From a virus: DNA of 64,000 bases. A program made the position numbers and the translations under genes. The notes below the pieces were generated by a model. It saw nothing but the letters and a program-made list of their open reading frames with translations. It ran no database searches and was not told where the DNA came from. Of this stretch, positions 9,766 through 21,500 are shown one piece after another. Position 1 is the stretch's first letter, and each line of letters starts with the position of its first letter. Where the stretch lies: IMG/VR virus record IMGVR_UViG_3300021197_001442, positions 31,020 through 95,019 of that record; one strand, written 5' to 3'.

Positions 9766-10650
9766 TTATGCCTTAATATATCTTACAGGAATATCTATGC
9801 TATATCCTGTCGTCTCGCCAGTAACCTTAACAACTGTGTCAATATGCTTAACACTGGTGCCGTTTACGGTAGAGGTGCCACCAAGCCTTGTGAATAGAGT
9901 GTCACTGCCATTTAGGTTCAGCGAAGCTTTAATCCTAAAGTCTAATCGGGTTCCCCTTCGGCCATTGACTGAAGAGCCGCCAGCCGACAGATCAGTTATA
10001 AGCGATACAATTGGGGAACCTTGTGAAACGATGTATGTAGCCATATTATCTTCGTCAACAAAGTTAACGCTTAAAGACGACCCTGCTGTACTCGTCAACG
10101 TTCCAAATCGATTGTCAATTTGAACTCTATATTGAGTTTCTAAGAGATCACCAGTAAGCTGCGCTATAGCAAGATTACCATTTGCATCAACTCCCTGATC
10201 AACTCGTATTGTCTCACTAAGAGCCGAGTCTGTATTCTCACCAAATATAACACCGTCATACCCATTTATATTACTGTTTTCTTCTGTTGTTTCGTTAACA
10301 GCCACTAAGAATGAATTTGTAACTGAGTCTCTAGTGGTGCCACTGACCTCGAATAACTCTAGAATTGGTAGATAGAGAAAATCGTTTCTGCTAAGAGTTA
10401 CGAGCCTATGGTGTAATTGCGAGGTCTGGTTTGTAAATGCCTCAAGAACTGGGGTCTGTAGAATCTCCAAATCGTAGTAAGCAGAACCGCTAGCGTGACT
10501 TGGATTGTAAAGGCGATAGTTAATTTCATCATCACCTAAAGCAAATTTAGCAATACTAAAAGTGCCATCTCCTCTGGCTAGTCTGCGCCTACCTGCATCC
10601 GTTAAAACGGCATCTAAAATTATATCACCACTGTTATCCAAAAAAGCCAT
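9766..10650 (-). CDS. Virion structural protein (tail-collar-like N-terminus)
   Basis: N-terminal LDAVLTDAGRRRLARG...KFALGDDEINY; preceded by tandem ACTATTTA motifs. Confidence 0.6.
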   Translation of the reverse strand: MAFLDNSGDIILDAVLTDAGRRRLARGDGTFSIAKFALGDDEINYRLYNPSHASGSAYYDLEILQTPVLEAFTNQTSQLHHRLVTLSRNDFLYLPILELFEVSGTTRDSVTNSFLVAVNETTEENSNINGYDGVIFGENTDSALSETIRVDQGVDANGNLAIAQLTGDLLETQYRVQIDNRFGTLTSTAGSSLSVNFVDEDNMATYIVSQGSPIVSLITDLSAGGSSVNGRRGTRLDFRIKASLNLNGSDTLFTRLGGTSTVNGTSVKHIDTVVKVTGETTGYSIDIPVRYIKA

Positions 10651-10674
10651 GGTATTTCCTCTCTCTCCAATGTT

Positions 10675-10698
10675 TAAATAGTGCGTACTATAAATAGT
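10675..10698 (-). promoter_or_regulatory. Tandem putative late promoter motifs ACTATTTA
   Basis: Two copies (10675-10682 and 10691-10698) in a 54-nt intergenic gap; the proximal copy is 25 nt from the ATG. Confidence 0.65.
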
Positions 10699-10704
10699 TT
10701 CTAG

Positions 10705-13700
10705 TTACGTAGTTTTAATTCTTTTATCTTCTTTGTTAAAAGTGACATTAAAATCTAATTTTTTACCTGTTTTCTTAGAGGTCAACCTTATCTTAAATGT
10801 CTTATCCCATATACGGTGTTCCGCATCATCAATATTTCCTAACTCGACTGTCGTTAGGTCACTAGGATCTGGGACAGAAGTATTGATAGGAATGTCTGCG
10901 GTTACTTGTGATAAAGCAGGTATAACCTCTATAAATTTCTTCATGTCAATAGAAGGCACATCGTTTGTTACAAGTGGGAACTCATGCATCTTGACCAATA
11001 AGTAAACAGCACCTGAATCGTCCACCAATTCAACTTCGTATACTGGAGTTGGGTTAGAATAATTGCCATGATAATCGACAGACCTAAATGTATAATAATA
11101 CTTGATATTAGGTAGTAGAACTTCATCATGCCCTATCGAAGTGGCTCGAACTATCTTTTCCTTGCTTGACAGAAGGGTTGTCAACGTATTTCGCAGCTTA
11201 CCAGCAAAGTCAGCGTAGCTGTTTGGAGGCGTATCCATTCTATATATTTGGAAAAATGCTGTGCTATCATCTTGCGAGAATGTTATCTTACCATCAAGTG
11301 AATTCTGGGCATTTAAGTGCATTTCAAATAATTTATCTTCGCCCTCTTCAATTGGTATGGGATACTGCTCGACTTCGATGTTGGTAGAAGACAAGCTTAG
11401 TAATAGGGTGTCGTTTATACCTCTGTACGGGGTTATTGATATTTCTGGAGGCGGTGGAGGCTTAGAGAGAACGGAGGTTGTTGTGGTAAAATAAGGAACC
11501 TCTACAATTTCTGCCACGGGTCTCATTTTTATTTGATACTCAGCCTCATAGCCAGTAAGTTCTACTGTCGTAGTACCAGTGCCAGGTTCAACTTTTTCAA
11601 TTGAGCCATAAGACACATTTCCTAAAGTAGTTGCGAAATTTTCAAACCCAACAACTTGATACGAACCAGGACCGCCTTCTGCGGATACGCTATCTAATAA
11701 ATGGTGCGATGGTGGTATATATTGAGCGCGAAAATGACCCGTACCAGGTGTGTGCAAAGAAGACAGAATATTAGGCAAACGACCAGGCTCATATTGGTCT
11801 TCTACGCCAGCGCCAAACCACAAATTTAACCAGTCAAGAACACTAAAGTTTTCTGGTAAAAATACACTTAGAGCAGTTCCAGGAGTGCCTGTGGGCGCTC
11901 CCCCAGGCGGCATTATCTCGCCATCCGTTGTTATAGCTGTCCTTAAGGATAAAATCCCAAAAGGACCACCTGAGACTGTGTTGACCGGGGTCTCAGGAGT
12001 TACTTCATATTCTGGTCCCCAGTCTCCACCACCAAATATCTCTTTCCAACTTAATGACTGCCTACCAATTGAACTGCCTGTGTGTCGCCCTGAGCTTGGC
12101 TTTAAGGTCCAAGAAGTTTCTAAAATTTCGTTAAGCCTTTCAATGCTTAAAAAATATCTATTTTTACGATTAAAGCCAGGTGACGTATCTGCCCTTGAGC
12201 CAACAACTGACGGAGTACTAGGAACGTAGTTAAAAGTAGGGTCATAAAGGTTTGCGTAGGTTGCCCACTCCGGATCAGGCGAGCCAGGAATATCTGCTAT
12301 GGCTAGCTCCCAATCATCAAAAAGATTGGCAAATCCAGTCCACTCAACAATATAGCCTATTGTTATCCCGCCATCGTCCAAGACAGTCTCTACAACAGAA
12401 ACTTTTGGCTCTTCTATTCTTTTGTACCCGTACTTTAATCCAAAAACGTATTTAAGAGCACTAACTTGGTATGTATACTCTTGACCGTATTTAACTTGCG
12501 AATCGATATATTCAATATTAGAGGATAATCCACCCTTGTCTGCTATTTGGCTTGGGATCCATATATTCTGAATTGGCTCAACATTTGTGTTAGTGCCCAC
12601 ATATTTTGCTATTCGATACATAACTGTTTCGTTATGTGCTGGTAGACCGTCTTCAAAGGACTCTTTGTAGAGCCTACCAATATTTATAGACGCACCGCGA
12701 CGGCTTTTGAATGACTCATTGACTTGGTTTATTAAACCTTCTGTTCCTCCTACCCCGTAGACTGAGGACGCTGGCGAACTAAGGGGCGTAGCCGTAGTCA
12801 TTTGTGTGGTTTGAAAAATAAAATTATTTATTGCTATTGATTGAACGGGTAACGGAGCTGTTGGATATTCTTCTGACAGTCTTAAAGCCAAATCAGTTTC
12901 AAATTCTGGCACTCCTACATCTACGTCAATAAATAATTTGTCATCAAGGGCAAAGCTTGTAACAGGAGAAGGTCCAGTTTCTACTCCGAATAGACTAGAT
13001 ACGCCATGGTATCCAATGGCCCAAGTAAATGAGCCAGCAGCTTTGGGCCCTATAAGGCTAGAGGCATAGTTTATATAATCATGTAACTCAGGAGAAACTA
13101 ATAAATTAGCTTCATCTGAATTGGATTGGTCAAAAAATGTTCTTGAACTAAACGAATATTCAGGTGTATTAGGGTCCCCGGCATCAACATAACCAGAATC
13201 ATAAACACCAGCTATGTGTGAACCAAAGGTTGAATACAAAAGATTTTGATGTAGTTCGGCTGCGATTGGCTTCATCTCTACAGTGCCTAGTCCAGCACCC
13301 AACGATGTTGATAGTGTACCATAGCTTTCAGGCAAGAATTTGACTGATGAATAAAATGGTAACTTATTTTGTGTGGGCAAAGCATTAACAAAAGTATCTT
13401 TGATTAAAGCCGTGCCTGTGACACCGGAAAAAATAATATTTTTACCCTTGTTTTCAAGAGTTGTCTGGTTCTCAGATGTTAAATCCACATATCCGCTCGG
13501 CCAAGCACTAAAATAATTGCTATACTTAATATCTAGTGTCTTATCAAGATCGGCTAGTAGATAGTCTTCTAGCGTTAAGCCGGATTCTAAAAATTCTGAT
13601 TCAATATAAGACTCGGAAAATAACCCTTGGTCACGAATAATTGACAGAGGGTCGAGTGGATCTCCTATGGAGCCCATTAGTAAAGTATGGTCTATCGTGT

Positions 13701-14364
13701 CCTGGTATGGCTCCATAGCTGGAAAAGACCCAGGCGTTGACACAACAAGCGACAAACCTGTAGCGCTTTCAAATTTCGCTACATCGCCTGACCTTTCAAT
13801 AATGCTTAAGTTGTAATGGTTTGGTAAAATACGCTCACTAGAATTCTTAATCTGTGACTCATACCCCTCTACCAGGTAATTGTACTCTGAAATGGATGAA
13901 TAATCAACAAGCTCAGGAGTATTAAATTGAAATGTTCTATCGTAGAACAGGCCATCTCCATCTTCTGGATTTTTAAAAATAAAATCTAGGTCATTAGTGA
14001 ACCTATTAATCGAACTGTAATTTAAGTAATCAGCAGTAATTTTTATGTCTAATGTCGCTAGGCCAGAAAGCGCGTCTCTGCCAAGCCCAAGTTCGCTAGT
14101 CAGGGTACCAAGTGATGTCGGCACCCTTCTTATACGTAAAGTAGTGGGCGATTGCCCTGGATCCTCTGGCTGAAATGTCGCGATCTGATCATCAGCTCTA
14201 ACACCAAGTGGCCAAACCCCTGGGTCTGGTAAGATTTTAACATCAGGATTCCAACTAACACTTCCGTCTTCATTGATAACATAATGCTGTCCCATGAGTT
14301 TTCTAAAGTTATCACGTATTGTTAATGGAAATACGTCGGGGCTTATGTACTTTTTAGTAGGCAT
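10705..14364 (-). CDS. Large hypothetical virion protein with probable Ig/FN3-like beta-sandwich segments
   Basis: 1219-aa ORF in the tail module. YIDSQVKYGQEYTYQVSA and KYYYTFRSVDYHGNYSNPT are FN3-like strands. Confidence 0.55.
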   Translation of the reverse strand: MPTKKYISPDVFPLTIRDNFRKLMGQHYVINEDGSVSWNPDVKILPDPGVWPLGVRADDQIATFQPEDPGQSPTTLRIRRVPTSLGTLTSELGLGRDALSGLATLDIKITADYLNYSSINRFTNDLDFIFKNPEDGDGLFYDRTFQFNTPELVDYSSISEYNYLVEGYESQIKNSSERILPNHYNLSIIERSGDVAKFESATGLSLVVSTPGSFPAMEPYQDTIDHTLLMGSIGDPLDPLSIIRDQGLFSESYIESEFLESGLTLEDYLLADLDKTLDIKYSNYFSAWPSGYVDLTSENQTTLENKGKNIIFSGVTGTALIKDTFVNALPTQNKLPFYSSVKFLPESYGTLSTSLGAGLGTVEMKPIAAELHQNLLYSTFGSHIAGVYDSGYVDAGDPNTPEYSFSSRTFFDQSNSDEANLLVSPELHDYINYASSLIGPKAAGSFTWAIGYHGVSSLFGVETGPSPVTSFALDDKLFIDVDVGVPEFETDLALRLSEEYPTAPLPVQSIAINNFIFQTTQMTTATPLSSPASSVYGVGGTEGLINQVNESFKSRRGASINIGRLYKESFEDGLPAHNETVMYRIAKYVGTNTNVEPIQNIWIPSQIADKGGLSSNIEYIDSQVKYGQEYTYQVSALKYVFGLKYGYKRIEEPKVSVVETVLDDGGITIGYIVEWTGFANLFDDWELAIADIPGSPDPEWATYANLYDPTFNYVPSTPSVVGSRADTSPGFNRKNRYFLSIERLNEILETSWTLKPSSGRHTGSSIGRQSLSWKEIFGGGDWGPEYEVTPETPVNTVSGGPFGILSLRTAITTDGEIMPPGGAPTGTPGTALSVFLPENFSVLDWLNLWFGAGVEDQYEPGRLPNILSSLHTPGTGHFRAQYIPPSHHLLDSVSAEGGPGSYQVVGFENFATTLGNVSYGSIEKVEPGTGTTTVELTGYEAEYQIKMRPVAEIVEVPYFTTTTSVLSKPPPPPEISITPYRGINDTLLLSLSSTNIEVEQYPIPIEEGEDKLFEMHLNAQNSLDGKITFSQDDSTAFFQIYRMDTPPNSYADFAGKLRNTLTTLLSSKEKIVRATSIGHDEVLLPNIKYYYTFRSVDYHGNYSNPTPVYEVELVDDSGAVYLLVKMHEFPLVTNDVPSIDMKKFIEVIPALSQVTADIPINTSVPDPSDLTTVELGNIDDAEHRIWDKTFKIRLTSKKTGKKLDFNVTFNKEDKRIKTT

Positions 14365-17300
14365 TATTACCTCCGCCTGTTGTACCGGTCGCTGCTCTTC
14401 TCACAAAATATCCTTGCTGCTGTTCGGACGTAGCTACTGTTGTAGTAGGCACCGTTGCGGTCGGAGCCTGTACGGCTGCTTGTGGCTGAGACGACGGCTT
14501 AGGCGGATTCTGATAAGTCTGCCCAACCTCTGGCTGTACGTCCTCTGAGGGAGGGTCCTTGTCGTCTACGGGGTCCGCTGGTGGGACACGAGTGACCGGT
14601 TCGCATTCTCCAGTATCATAATTATACTTGTGACCGTCCGGGCAGGGGTCCTCAGTGATAATCTCTTGTGATGAATCATCAGGCACTTCTCGAACTATAA
14701 TAGTGTCTTCGCACGGATCATCTTCTTTTAACTTTTCCTCTTCAACTTGCCCGCCTGATGAATCTACCAGCCCAATTGAGTCGTTAATTAAATCTTGTTG
14801 TTCACTATTTTCACCTTCAGTCTCGAATACATATAATACCGGGCTTGCAGACTGTGGTATGCTCATACTGTACAGGGGCTCCATTTTACTATCAAAGCCC
14901 GTCACATACTTTACAGATACAGTAGTTTGCTCCAAGACATCAACTTCTGCCTCTTGTTCGCCAGATAACGATTCGCGCTGAAGCATTTTTAAATATCTTC
15001 TCTGAAGACTATCATTTCTATCAATATCGGTACCATACGTTCTGTCCCCACGCTTCTTACCTATCAACGCATTACGTATTTCTTCTGCTTTTTCGTCTTC
15101 TATGCTTGTTTGGGTTCTATCTTCACCTGCGGCTTTGTCATTGCCTTTAATTGTAAGGTTTGTATCATCTCCAAAATAGTCAGATGCTTCTACTCTACTA
15201 CCAGCTTCAGATTTATTTCTTCTTCGCGAACTAACCGTAACACCCATGTTTTTTAACAATTCGATGGAGGAGGCATCTGTACTCGTCCCCTGTCTGCGGC
15301 GCGATAGAGCTTGAGATGTCTTTTCATAAGACCCGACATTTTGCTTTGACAAAACAATTTTATCGCCGTCAGTCTCCACAACACTGGGGGTTAAATGTGA
15401 AAAGTATGTCTTTCGAGAACCTTTAAGTTCATCATTGACAATTTGGTTCTCTCTTTTGCCCACAACCTCAGGGAAAAACTTATTTGCTTCGACATTAAAT
15501 CGACTTACTAAAGAGTTTCTGTTTATGCGAACTAAGCTGTCCTGGCTGCGCCTTAGGGCTCCTTGTAGGTAATTCAAGCGATATCCAGCGTTTTTAACTC
15601 GTGTCTTTCTCCAAGGCTTGTTATCAAATAGCTTTTGTGACTTTAAAATATCATCTTTTATTTTAGCGCCGCGCTTACCAGAAGTTCTTGACTTCGCTTC
15701 TGCCTGCACATTTTCATGAGGACTCAGCTGCACCATTAGAGAGTCTAGCAAAGATATAAACTTCTCTACGCCGTCTAAACTACCAGTTGACGGATAAAGT
15801 GTCTTTTGTAATAACTTCTTATCAGACTTGCGGATTCTTGTGCCCAAGAGTGTTTCTAAAGCATCAAAGTATATTTTTGGAGCTAGTCTCCAAGGCGTAT
15901 AGACTGGCCTTGGTGTGGGCCCTTTAATACGTATATCAAGGTTATATATCTTTCTTAAGTAAGAAAGGTATTCATGGCTAAACTGCCCAGTGGCAGCGTT
16001 GAAATTTCCTGGCTGTTTGGCCTCCTCGTAATACGAAAGAATCTGCTTTCTTGCCTCACGCAAAGCTAGAATTTGTAGCTTGAGTAGCTTCTTAGTGGGG
16101 TCTGCGGCATCTATATCAACACCATAAACATAAGACCCTCCGTCAGCGTAAGACATATCATGATCGACAAACGAAAAAGACCTCTTGCTACCCATTCCTG
16201 AAATGACTAGTTCTTTCGCTGATCCAATTTTCTTTTCTTTGACCCCATCGCCGTTGTCATCTATTATATTTATAACTGTTGGCATTCGATTTGCTTGCCT
16301 TGTCTGTGGGCTGTGTGCAACTAAGACAGTTCTGTCGGGGCTACTTTTTGTTATAATGTTTGAAACTGTAGTATCGCCCGCTTCATAATCATTTATCCTA
16401 TCCCTGTAGACAGAGAATTTTTGGATGTTAGTCAGGCTCATAAGCTTTTTTAAATTTCTTTTATTCATCAGGCCGTTATAGACAGAGTTCTCAGACAAGA
16501 ACCCAACAAAATCAAATGCAAAAAACCCCTTAACGGTTCCCTGTGAGTCACCAGATAAGAAAAGGTCAGAATAATTTCTTTTCCTAGTCTTCGGGCCAGA
16601 CAATTTAATATCGCCCTGCAACGATAAAAACTTATTAAAAATTCTTAGATCATTAATTTTATTTTCATGTTCAACGACTGTTAGAGTGTTGTGAGGTCTA
16701 TCAGAATGTGCTTTGCCCTCCATGACTCCCCTTTCAGGATGTGCATGCACCGGGCCCTTCCACAAGCTGCCATCAGGAGAATAATAGCTGTACGATGAAG
16801 AATCTAGCTTGCCATTATTAAAAACTTTTTGTACGTTCTTCGACCCATATAACGGTGGCACGTCAATGTATGGGAATGCTACAAAGCCAAGATAGTTAGA
16901 CTTAATATAAAAATCTTGTTGCATTTTTATCGTACAGAGCACATCGTCAAAGCCATCTATCTGCCTAGTCGCGTATTCAGATAGACTTCTACCGTTTGGG
17001 ATTGAGATAATTTTTTCTTTTAAGTGAGGTTTTATAGAGTTAGGCAAATTGAGTAAATCTGTAAAGTTGGCAGAGCTTGCCAAATCAAACGCAGCTTTGC
17101 TAGTAGCTTGAAATATTTTTATCTTCATTGCCGTTCTAGCGGGGGTGTTGAACCAAATACTGCTATTTAGCAAATCATTCATAGATATCTTTAGAGACAC
17201 TTTATAGAACTGCCCCTCTTCTCTGTCTTCTAAGGCCCCTGTACTAACCACTTGCTTATTCGTGCCATATTCATTTTTAAGAAATCGTGGCTCGTTTGTT

Positions 17301-17422
17301 GTGTTAGAAAGCATATTTTCGCGGAGTATTGCAGGAACGTGATCAACAGTTATTGATTCTATGAACACGTAAGGCAATACTTCGCCAATTAACTTTTGTC
17401 TTATTTCAGCCTCTGTGCGCAT
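14354..17422 (-). CDS. Large hypothetical virion protein
   Basis: 1022-aa ORF overlapping both neighbours. His cluster GPVHAH...GKAH...PH, a C-terminal Cys motif and a Pro/Thr/Gln-rich tail. Confidence 0.55.
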   Translation of the reverse strand: MRTEAEIRQKLIGEVLPYVFIESITVDHVPAILRENMLSNTTNEPRFLKNEYGTNKQVVSTGALEDREEGQFYKVSLKISMNDLLNSSIWFNTPARTAMKIKIFQATSKAAFDLASSANFTDLLNLPNSIKPHLKEKIISIPNGRSLSEYATRQIDGFDDVLCTIKMQQDFYIKSNYLGFVAFPYIDVPPLYGSKNVQKVFNNGKLDSSSYSYYSPDGSLWKGPVHAHPERGVMEGKAHSDRPHNTLTVVEHENKINDLRIFNKFLSLQGDIKLSGPKTRKRNYSDLFLSGDSQGTVKGFFAFDFVGFLSENSVYNGLMNKRNLKKLMSLTNIQKFSVYRDRINDYEAGDTTVSNIITKSSPDRTVLVAHSPQTRQANRMPTVINIIDDNGDGVKEKKIGSAKELVISGMGSKRSFSFVDHDMSYADGGSYVYGVDIDAADPTKKLLKLQILALREARKQILSYYEEAKQPGNFNAATGQFSHEYLSYLRKIYNLDIRIKGPTPRPVYTPWRLAPKIYFDALETLLGTRIRKSDKKLLQKTLYPSTGSLDGVEKFISLLDSLMVQLSPHENVQAEAKSRTSGKRGAKIKDDILKSQKLFDNKPWRKTRVKNAGYRLNYLQGALRRSQDSLVRINRNSLVSRFNVEANKFFPEVVGKRENQIVNDELKGSRKTYFSHLTPSVVETDGDKIVLSKQNVGSYEKTSQALSRRRQGTSTDASSIELLKNMGVTVSSRRRNKSEAGSRVEASDYFGDDTNLTIKGNDKAAGEDRTQTSIEDEKAEEIRNALIGKKRGDRTYGTDIDRNDSLQRRYLKMLQRESLSGEQEAEVDVLEQTTVSVKYVTGFDSKMEPLYSMSIPQSASPVLYVFETEGENSEQQDLINDSIGLVDSSGGQVEEEKLKEDDPCEDTIIVREVPDDSSQEIITEDPCPDGHKYNYDTGECEPVTRVPPADPVDDKDPPSEDVQPEVGQTYQNPPKPSSQPQAAVQAPTATVPTTTVATSEQQQGYFVRRAATGTTGGGNNAY

Positions 17423-18591
17423 TAATAAACCGTCCCAGGTCTGTCCTCACATGGGTCATCTAGATCTGGACAAGGCCTAGATGCTGCATCTGTACTATAA
17501 ATATCAACAAAAGCAATATTTTTAACGTCCTCGCACTCAAAATCAACATTAATATATCTACCAGATTTTTTGTTCTCCTCAATAGAAGAGCATATCAGTT
17601 GTGACCCAATCTGTCCGTCGACCTTAATATCAAAGTAATATTGGACGTGATCAGGGGTTATAGGCTCCCTAGATGTAAACACTTCACTCTCATCTAACAG
17701 GATATCGTTCTGCACTAAAGAGGGGCTTTTCCTAAATTTAAGTGGCCTAAGAACTTCCACAGTAGCTGTCTCAGCACCCGCAACACTCTCTGTTGTGGAT
17801 TCAAAAACTTCAATTTCAAAGTTGTCTTTAGAGAACTCTGCATTTAATTCTTTTATTTGAGCTATCAGTATTTCTGGTTCTATATCTAGGATTTCACCAT
17901 TGTCAAACCTTACAGCCAGTTCAGTGTCGGAAATAAAACTCTCATTTGAGATCACATCAATGTTATATGTTAGAGTTACATCAACTTGTGGAATATCTAT
18001 TGTGGGCCTGTTAGCCCCAGTTGAAGTAGCGGCGGCACTTGCTATTTCTCCCCTTATCATGGACACAGACCAAGCTGGGGCCTCTACGGACAAGTTATCG
18101 CTTGTGCCTAGTGTATATTGAGGGCCGTAGAAGTCTCTTTCAAAAACATAAGAATCTTTTAGCCCTGCTAAACTGTCAGCTGTTTGTTCTATATTAAATA
18201 TGGTAGCCATTGAGTAAATCCCAATGCCAGTAGGTGCGCCAGTTACTGGCTTTGAAGCTACGCCAGGTGATGACATCGATGCTCCCGCTGGTACTGGCGC
18301 TGTTAAAGAAATAGGAGCCGCTCTAACAAGTGGCTTATTGTGGAACACGTCTCTACTAGAGAAAACCACTTGGGTTTCTAGCTGGGGGGTGTCTTCTTGG
18401 ATTCTAGGCTCTATTGAATTTTGTTCCCTTGCGGGAGTTTCGTTTGGCCTTCCATATTCACTTTCATATAAAATATTGTCATCAAAAAAAGCATAATACT
18501 CTGGCTTAAAGCGACCGGACGAAAGTAGGTATTCGCCATAGGGGGTCAATACTGTGTCTAGGACTTGTTCTTTTTTATTTAAAAACTTCAT
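17422..18591 (-). CDS. Virion structural protein, N-terminal paralog of 9766-10650
   Basis: LDTVLTPYGEYLLSSG...YYAFFDDNILY aligns by eye with LDAVLTDAGRRRLARG...KFALGDDEINY. Confidence 0.6.
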   Translation of the reverse strand: MKFLNKKEQVLDTVLTPYGEYLLSSGRFKPEYYAFFDDNILYESEYGRPNETPAREQNSIEPRIQEDTPQLETQVVFSSRDVFHNKPLVRAAPISLTAPVPAGASMSSPGVASKPVTGAPTGIGIYSMATIFNIEQTADSLAGLKDSYVFERDFYGPQYTLGTSDNLSVEAPAWSVSMIRGEIASAAATSTGANRPTIDIPQVDVTLTYNIDVISNESFISDTELAVRFDNGEILDIEPEILIAQIKELNAEFSKDNFEIEVFESTTESVAGAETATVEVLRPLKFRKSPSLVQNDILLDESEVFTSREPITPDHVQYYFDIKVDGQIGSQLICSSIEENKKSGRYINVDFECEDVKNIAFVDIYSTDAASRPCPDLDDPCEDRPGTVY

Positions 18592-21500
18592 GATTCTGTG
18601 TCCTTGACTAGATCAACCGATGCGTCTATCTTAACTAGTTCGACCAAAGAGAAGAAATCATACGGCCAGTTATAACTGTAATCCAGTTCCTTAGTTCTGC
18701 CGGCTACCTCAAACTCAAACTTAAACCTCTTATCATCTAAACTATCACCGTGCTTAGAGGCTACCTTAGAGAAGTAGTTTTTAACTGCCTTCTGCTTGAC
18801 CTTGAACACCATCCACTGTAATTTAGATGGCATTTCGTCCGTGCCCAGTATTTCTTGGGTTAGTAGTCGATGATTTATAGAAACTTCTTTTTGTTGTATC
18901 TTGTCGACTGATTTCGGTGGAAGGTTTTGCCATATATGAATTAAGTCATCTTTATCGAAATTATGCTCAAACTCAAAAACGTACATTGCAAAAGGCTTAA
19001 CATGACTGCATGTGATAAAGTCCATTTTAGGCGGAAGAACATAATTCTGTAGCTTAGTCACCATCTGCTGTATCGAGTTTCCTTCTCCTAGGTCTCCATT
19101 TACAGCTGCTGCATAATTTTCCTCCGAGATTTCAAAAAATTGCTTCTTTAGCCCATCACCTGTAAAAGGAACTGCTATGACCGCTTCCTTAACTGTCTTG
19201 TTCACAGCGACTTCGCCAAGCCTACGAGGTGTCTGGTCAAACCCCATTAAGTCAACAAGAGACCTAACATTTCCATTGTTATAAAATGTATCACCTACAC
19301 CTGGGTGGGAGTCTAACCAATCCTGAGGTATGTCTGTGACTTGCAAGAAGATGCCCTGCTCCGGACTTTGAGGTGGTAGGCCGAACTGATGCCACATGCC
19401 TCTTGGCACCGACTCGGAGGCATAAGTGGGGATAGTCAAGTTGTTGTTTAAGTTAACTAACGAATCTCCAAAGTTTAACATAGGTGTTTCCCATTTAGGC
19501 TGGATAACATGCGCTATATGGTTTGCCTCTGGATCGTCACTTACGGCAAGAGCCTTTCCTGTAACCGGATCATAAGTAACTGATTTTATTCTTGCCCTGC
19601 CATCAGTTATAATAGTATCCTGTAGGTTTAGTATATTGTTTCTTAAAGTTGTAGGATTGGCTGCTGGGCCATCTGCGTAATAGCCTGCATCGTTGCCTGG
19701 ATTGTGTACACTGCCTACACGGTCAAACCTTATCTCCAAGGTACCATCTATCCCCCCCAGTATTTCAGCTAATGTATATTTCTTTGTTTCAGTAGCTGTG
19801 AATTGAACATCAAGCCAAGCTTCGCCATGATAATATGGAGGTGTTGCAACCCAGTTATAGCCACTGTAACTGTCTAGCATCTGCTGCCCATAGGTTCCAT
19901 CATGGTCAGTGGCAGCTGTGATGGCGTTACGGCCCGTTACAGCATGGAAGAAGGCCGAAGGCCTGCTATACATGGTAAATGTTTCTCGTAGATCTGTTTG
20001 CAGGGGGTTGTCTTGTGGTAACTCCAAGCCAACAACATCGGCAGACGAGGAGCGTGCTATGTTCATGCTGCGATACATCTTCACACGCATATTGTAAACA
20101 GAGCCACTAATCGCGTTTCCAAACCTTGGGTCACTTTCTGGTAGAGAAGTAATTGTTGTCATGTTTCCTTGTGGGAGGAAGAACTCTGGGACCTCTCCAA
20201 AAAAGTTGTGTGCCATCATACTATACAGTGGATCACCACGGCCATTCCAAGATGCAGTTATGTTTAGTGATGCACTGGGGTGCGGGGCCATATCTACCAA
20301 GGGCACTTCGGTAAGGTATTTCTCTGGTTCGACAGCAGCTTCAAAATCAATCATTCTAAATTTACTGCCATTGACACTAGAACTAATTGCGTAGTAAGAG
20401 CCAAGTTCTTGCACTTCATAGCTTGCTGTTAATACTGGGTATGGAACCCCTATACCAGATTTAATAGAATTGTATACAACTCCAGGGGCAAACATTGTCT
20501 CTAAGAATGGTCTTATCTTCGCATTCTCAAGAGTCGAATCTGCTCCCGTGTACTCAACAAACTTAGAGTATGATGATGAGAACTGGGTTGCCATCTGCAA
20601 GGTTCTCTCGGCAGGATAGAATCCATTGTATGGCAAGAACTTCATTAGTGCCTTACACGTTAAGGTTATTGACTGACTTAATGGAATACCAGCGTGCTCT
20701 TCATTGACAACATCAAAATATTTTAGGAAGTCACTGTTTGAATAGACGTTATAAAATTGCTCTTGTGAGCTATCTGTCGGGTAGTCAGAGGACACAGTTG
20801 CACCAAAAATATCAAAAGAGGCAGTGTTTTTTACATGGAAATCGCCACTGTTTGTTGATACGTAATATGGCATGTGGTCACTGATACGAAATTCTGGAAC
20901 TATGGAATAATCTTTGTTTCTTACTCTTAGCTCCTCGGCATAGTCGCTGTACGAATCATAAGCCGGGACTTGCCTGTTTGCGGAGCTTGTGACAAATACT
21001 CCGTTCTCCATGCGGCCAGCCATTTCCCCAGCTTGCCATTTGGCATTGCCGCCTCCAACACCAACGAAACCAAATATTCTATCACCAGTTCCAGCAGCTG
21101 ATCCTGCATTTGTTATGGATATACCAGAACGCGCTGTTGCAGATGATGTTGTGGCGACCCAATGCTTGAGGGCATAGAGTGCCGAAGCGGTTAGCGATGT
21201 TTTTGATGAGAAATGTCCTTGGGTGGTATTATTTTGAAGTTCTCCCGTGCTCGTGCCGGATTCTGCGTCAGCAGGTCTGAACCGGGCGGCAATGACAGAG
21301 TTTAGACTATCCTCAGTTTCTCCACCACCAGTAGCATTAAAAAATCCATCTAGTGCCCAAACACTGTACTTGCTTTGACCAGCGAAGCTAACTTTATTGG
21401 CTCTATTAGCATTTCTAGTTGCTCTGTTAGAGTGCCAGTAGTTGATTGTATAGCCTTCTCTTTGGCGGATTCTATTATCGTATACATTCTTTTCGGCAGG

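Noticed and set aside
10689-10698. Canonical T4 late promoter TATAAATA driving plus-strand genes
   Set aside because: No credible plus-strand genes follow this or the other copies, and spacing is conserved relative to minus-strand starts instead.
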